Source: Octopus bimaculoides
Taxonomy: Eukaryota
Length of the DNA stretch: 64,000 nucleotides
Assembly (NCBI RefSeq): GCF_001194135.2
Contig: NC_068981.1
Location: 18,270,767 to 18,334,766, forward strand
Direction of reading: 5' to 3'
Under the pieces are notes generated by a model that saw only the letters and a program-made list of their open reading frames with translations, did no database searches and was not told the origin of the DNA. Both the position numbers and the translations under genes were made by a program. Of the stretch, positions 62,057 through 64,000 are shown one piece after another (position 1 is the stretch's first letter; every line of letters begins with the position of its first letter).

Positions 62057-62204
62057 TATATGTAAATATATAAAAATAAAAAGATTAAGAGAGCAATGGT
62101 AAGGTTGGAGAAGTATTTTATGGATTAAGTAGTTTATCCATAAAATACTTCTTCAACCTTACCATTGCTCTCTTTATCTTTTTATTTTTATATATTTACA
62201 TATA
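62057..62204. repeat. Near-perfect ~148-bp palindrome
   Basis: Arms of about 69 bp with 2 mismatches around the loop taagtagttt (62126-62135). Confidence 0.85.
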
Positions 62205-62336
62205 CACACGCTAATACACAACTTATAATCCCCAATCCTGTTCATACAACGACTGGGGCAAAACTAGTCGGTATACAGCACTTACTTGGTATTACCTGTA
62301 TCCTCTTGGGTTTGGTTAAATCCAATACCCTCCTCA

Positions 62337-62413
<77 letters not shown>

Positions 62414-62599
62414 CAAATTTCTTCAGTTTCCATCCAGCAAATCCATTCATAAGGTTTTGGACAGCCCAGTAGTAAAAGGCTTTTGCTGCACTGTGGGACT
62501 GAACCAAAAACCACATGGCTGGAAAGCAAGCTTGTTGTGCCTGCAAAGTAATCCAACAAATGCTGGAAGTGGATGTAATGAAACAATTATTGGAAGGAA

Positions 62600-62960
62600 T
62601 TAGTGGGAAATGTTCAGGAAGTTGTCACTTGTGTTGGCAAACAAAGGTCTTCTTTTGTATACATGTACAAAGACTGTATGAAGACGTTACATGAAGTGTG
62701 TATGAAACATATGAGTGATGCTACATGTTAGTGAGACATGGTCATGAGTAGGTGTTAAATGTGGAAGATCTGTAGAGGCTGAAAAGAAGTGTCAGATGTG
62801 AAATATTAATGTGAGATGAGAGAGTGATTAGGTGTTAAAGATTCATTGAAATATAATGGTGGAGAGTGATACAACAGCAAATATGGGGGAATAACTCTGT
62901 AAAAAATATAATGAGTTGGTGGTGCTATGCAAGAGCAAATGTAGAAACGATTAGAAGGGG
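62600..62960 (+). pseudogene. Very old RTE 3' ORF remnant
   Basis: Degenerate similarity to 25640-26000 (ttcaggaagttgtcac..., agtgagacatgg). Confidence 0.4.
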
Positions 62961-63062
62961 AACATTAACAAAATACATTTAGACACTATTCAGGAGATTG
63001 AACACACAATACAGAACATACATAGAAGGCTGTACATATAGAACCTTCTACATACATACATA

Positions 63063-63657
63063 CTGGGTTGTCCGGAAAGTTTGTGCCAATTTATAGTAGC
63101 TTACCTTTCGACTTATTTTAGAACATGGTTGAGTCCATAAAATAGGATTTGACTACACCTTCATTAAGAGCACAGGTTAAGCTATCTTTTCATGGAAGAA
63201 GGTTTATGTTCCTATAACCTGTGTTAATTCTGTAACCCTTTAAAATGGAAGATAAGAAAGTTCATTTTCGGCACTTGATGCTTTTCTTTTTCCGTAAAGG
63301 GAAAAATGCCTCACAAGCATCCAAAGAAATATGCGCAGTTTACGGTGATGTTTCTTTATCTGAAAGAACTGTACGGAAGTGGTTCGCAAGATTCCAAGCT
63401 GGAGATTGTAGCCTTATTGATAAAGAACAATCAGGCAGACCATCCACTACAGGTGATGACCAAATCAAGTCATTAATTGAGAATAACCCACATTGCACAA
63501 CCCAAAAATTGGCAGAAAGCCTCAACCTATCAAAATCCGTTGTTCATGAGCACCTGGTAAAGCTTGGGTACACAAATCGCTATGATGTTTGGGTACCACA
63601 TGAGTTGAGTGAGAAGAACCTTTTGGAAAATCGGCACAAACTTTCCGGACAACCCAA
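63063..63657 (+). mobile_element. 595-bp internally deleted mellifera-type mariner with both TIRs; ORF 63245- encodes only the DNA-binding domain
   Basis: 30-bp TIRs ctgggttgtccggaaagtttgtgccaattt / aaatcggcacaaactttccggacaacccaa (2 mismatches); TA at 63061-62 and 63658-59; MEDKKVHFRHLMLFFFRKGKNASQA...WVPHEL is open; no DD34D domain. Confidence 0.9.
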
Positions 63658-64000
63658 TACATACAACAGACAATGCTGTATAAACACAGACTACAGGGTG
63701 TACATAAGCAGACCACTGTACATACACACATACAATACTGTACATTGAACATACACAGATAATGCTGCACATATACACATTGATGTATGTATATACACAC
63801 GCACACACATATATCTATATAGGTCACTGATTACAACTGTACATAAATTACATTGTTCATACACATACAACTGTACATATATACACTACTATATCTAGAC
63901 AAGCTCACACAGGATGTTGACGACACACAGACGAGTGTACATACACAAGACTGCATACAGAGGAAATTCTGTTCATAATCACTCATGGAAAGTGTTCATA

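Overview
AT-rich, repeat-saturated animal genomic DNA with about 16 N-gaps. The SINE, RTE and microsatellite landscape resembles octopus/cephalopod DNA (inferred, not verified). Nearly all ORFs in the supplied track are microsatellite, gap or transposon artefacts. The real host content is a + strand spliced gene of the Munc13-4/BAIAP3 (UNC-13 MUN-domain) family. I read six phase-compatible exons (168-339, 5055-5176, 17019-17225, 18895-19055, 20671-20797, 27846-27914). One exon is missing between 5177 and 17018, and I recognised no further exon in the last 36 kb. The introns contain decayed RTE, CR1 and R4/Dong LINE pieces, three tRNA-type SINE families, mariner and DD37D (maT) relics, a full-length Buster-type hAT relic with a nested SINE, several MITE/foldback palindromes and TE-seeded minisatellites. 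The most unusual signal is a set of minimal type-I hammerhead ribozyme motifs from three unrelated short repeat families, in Penelope-like inverted/tandem arrangements. One of them has the C3-G8 core pair swapped to G3-C8. SINE/LINE fragment boundaries are approximate (about 10-20 nt); exon, TIR, TSD and ribozyme coordinates were counted by hand.
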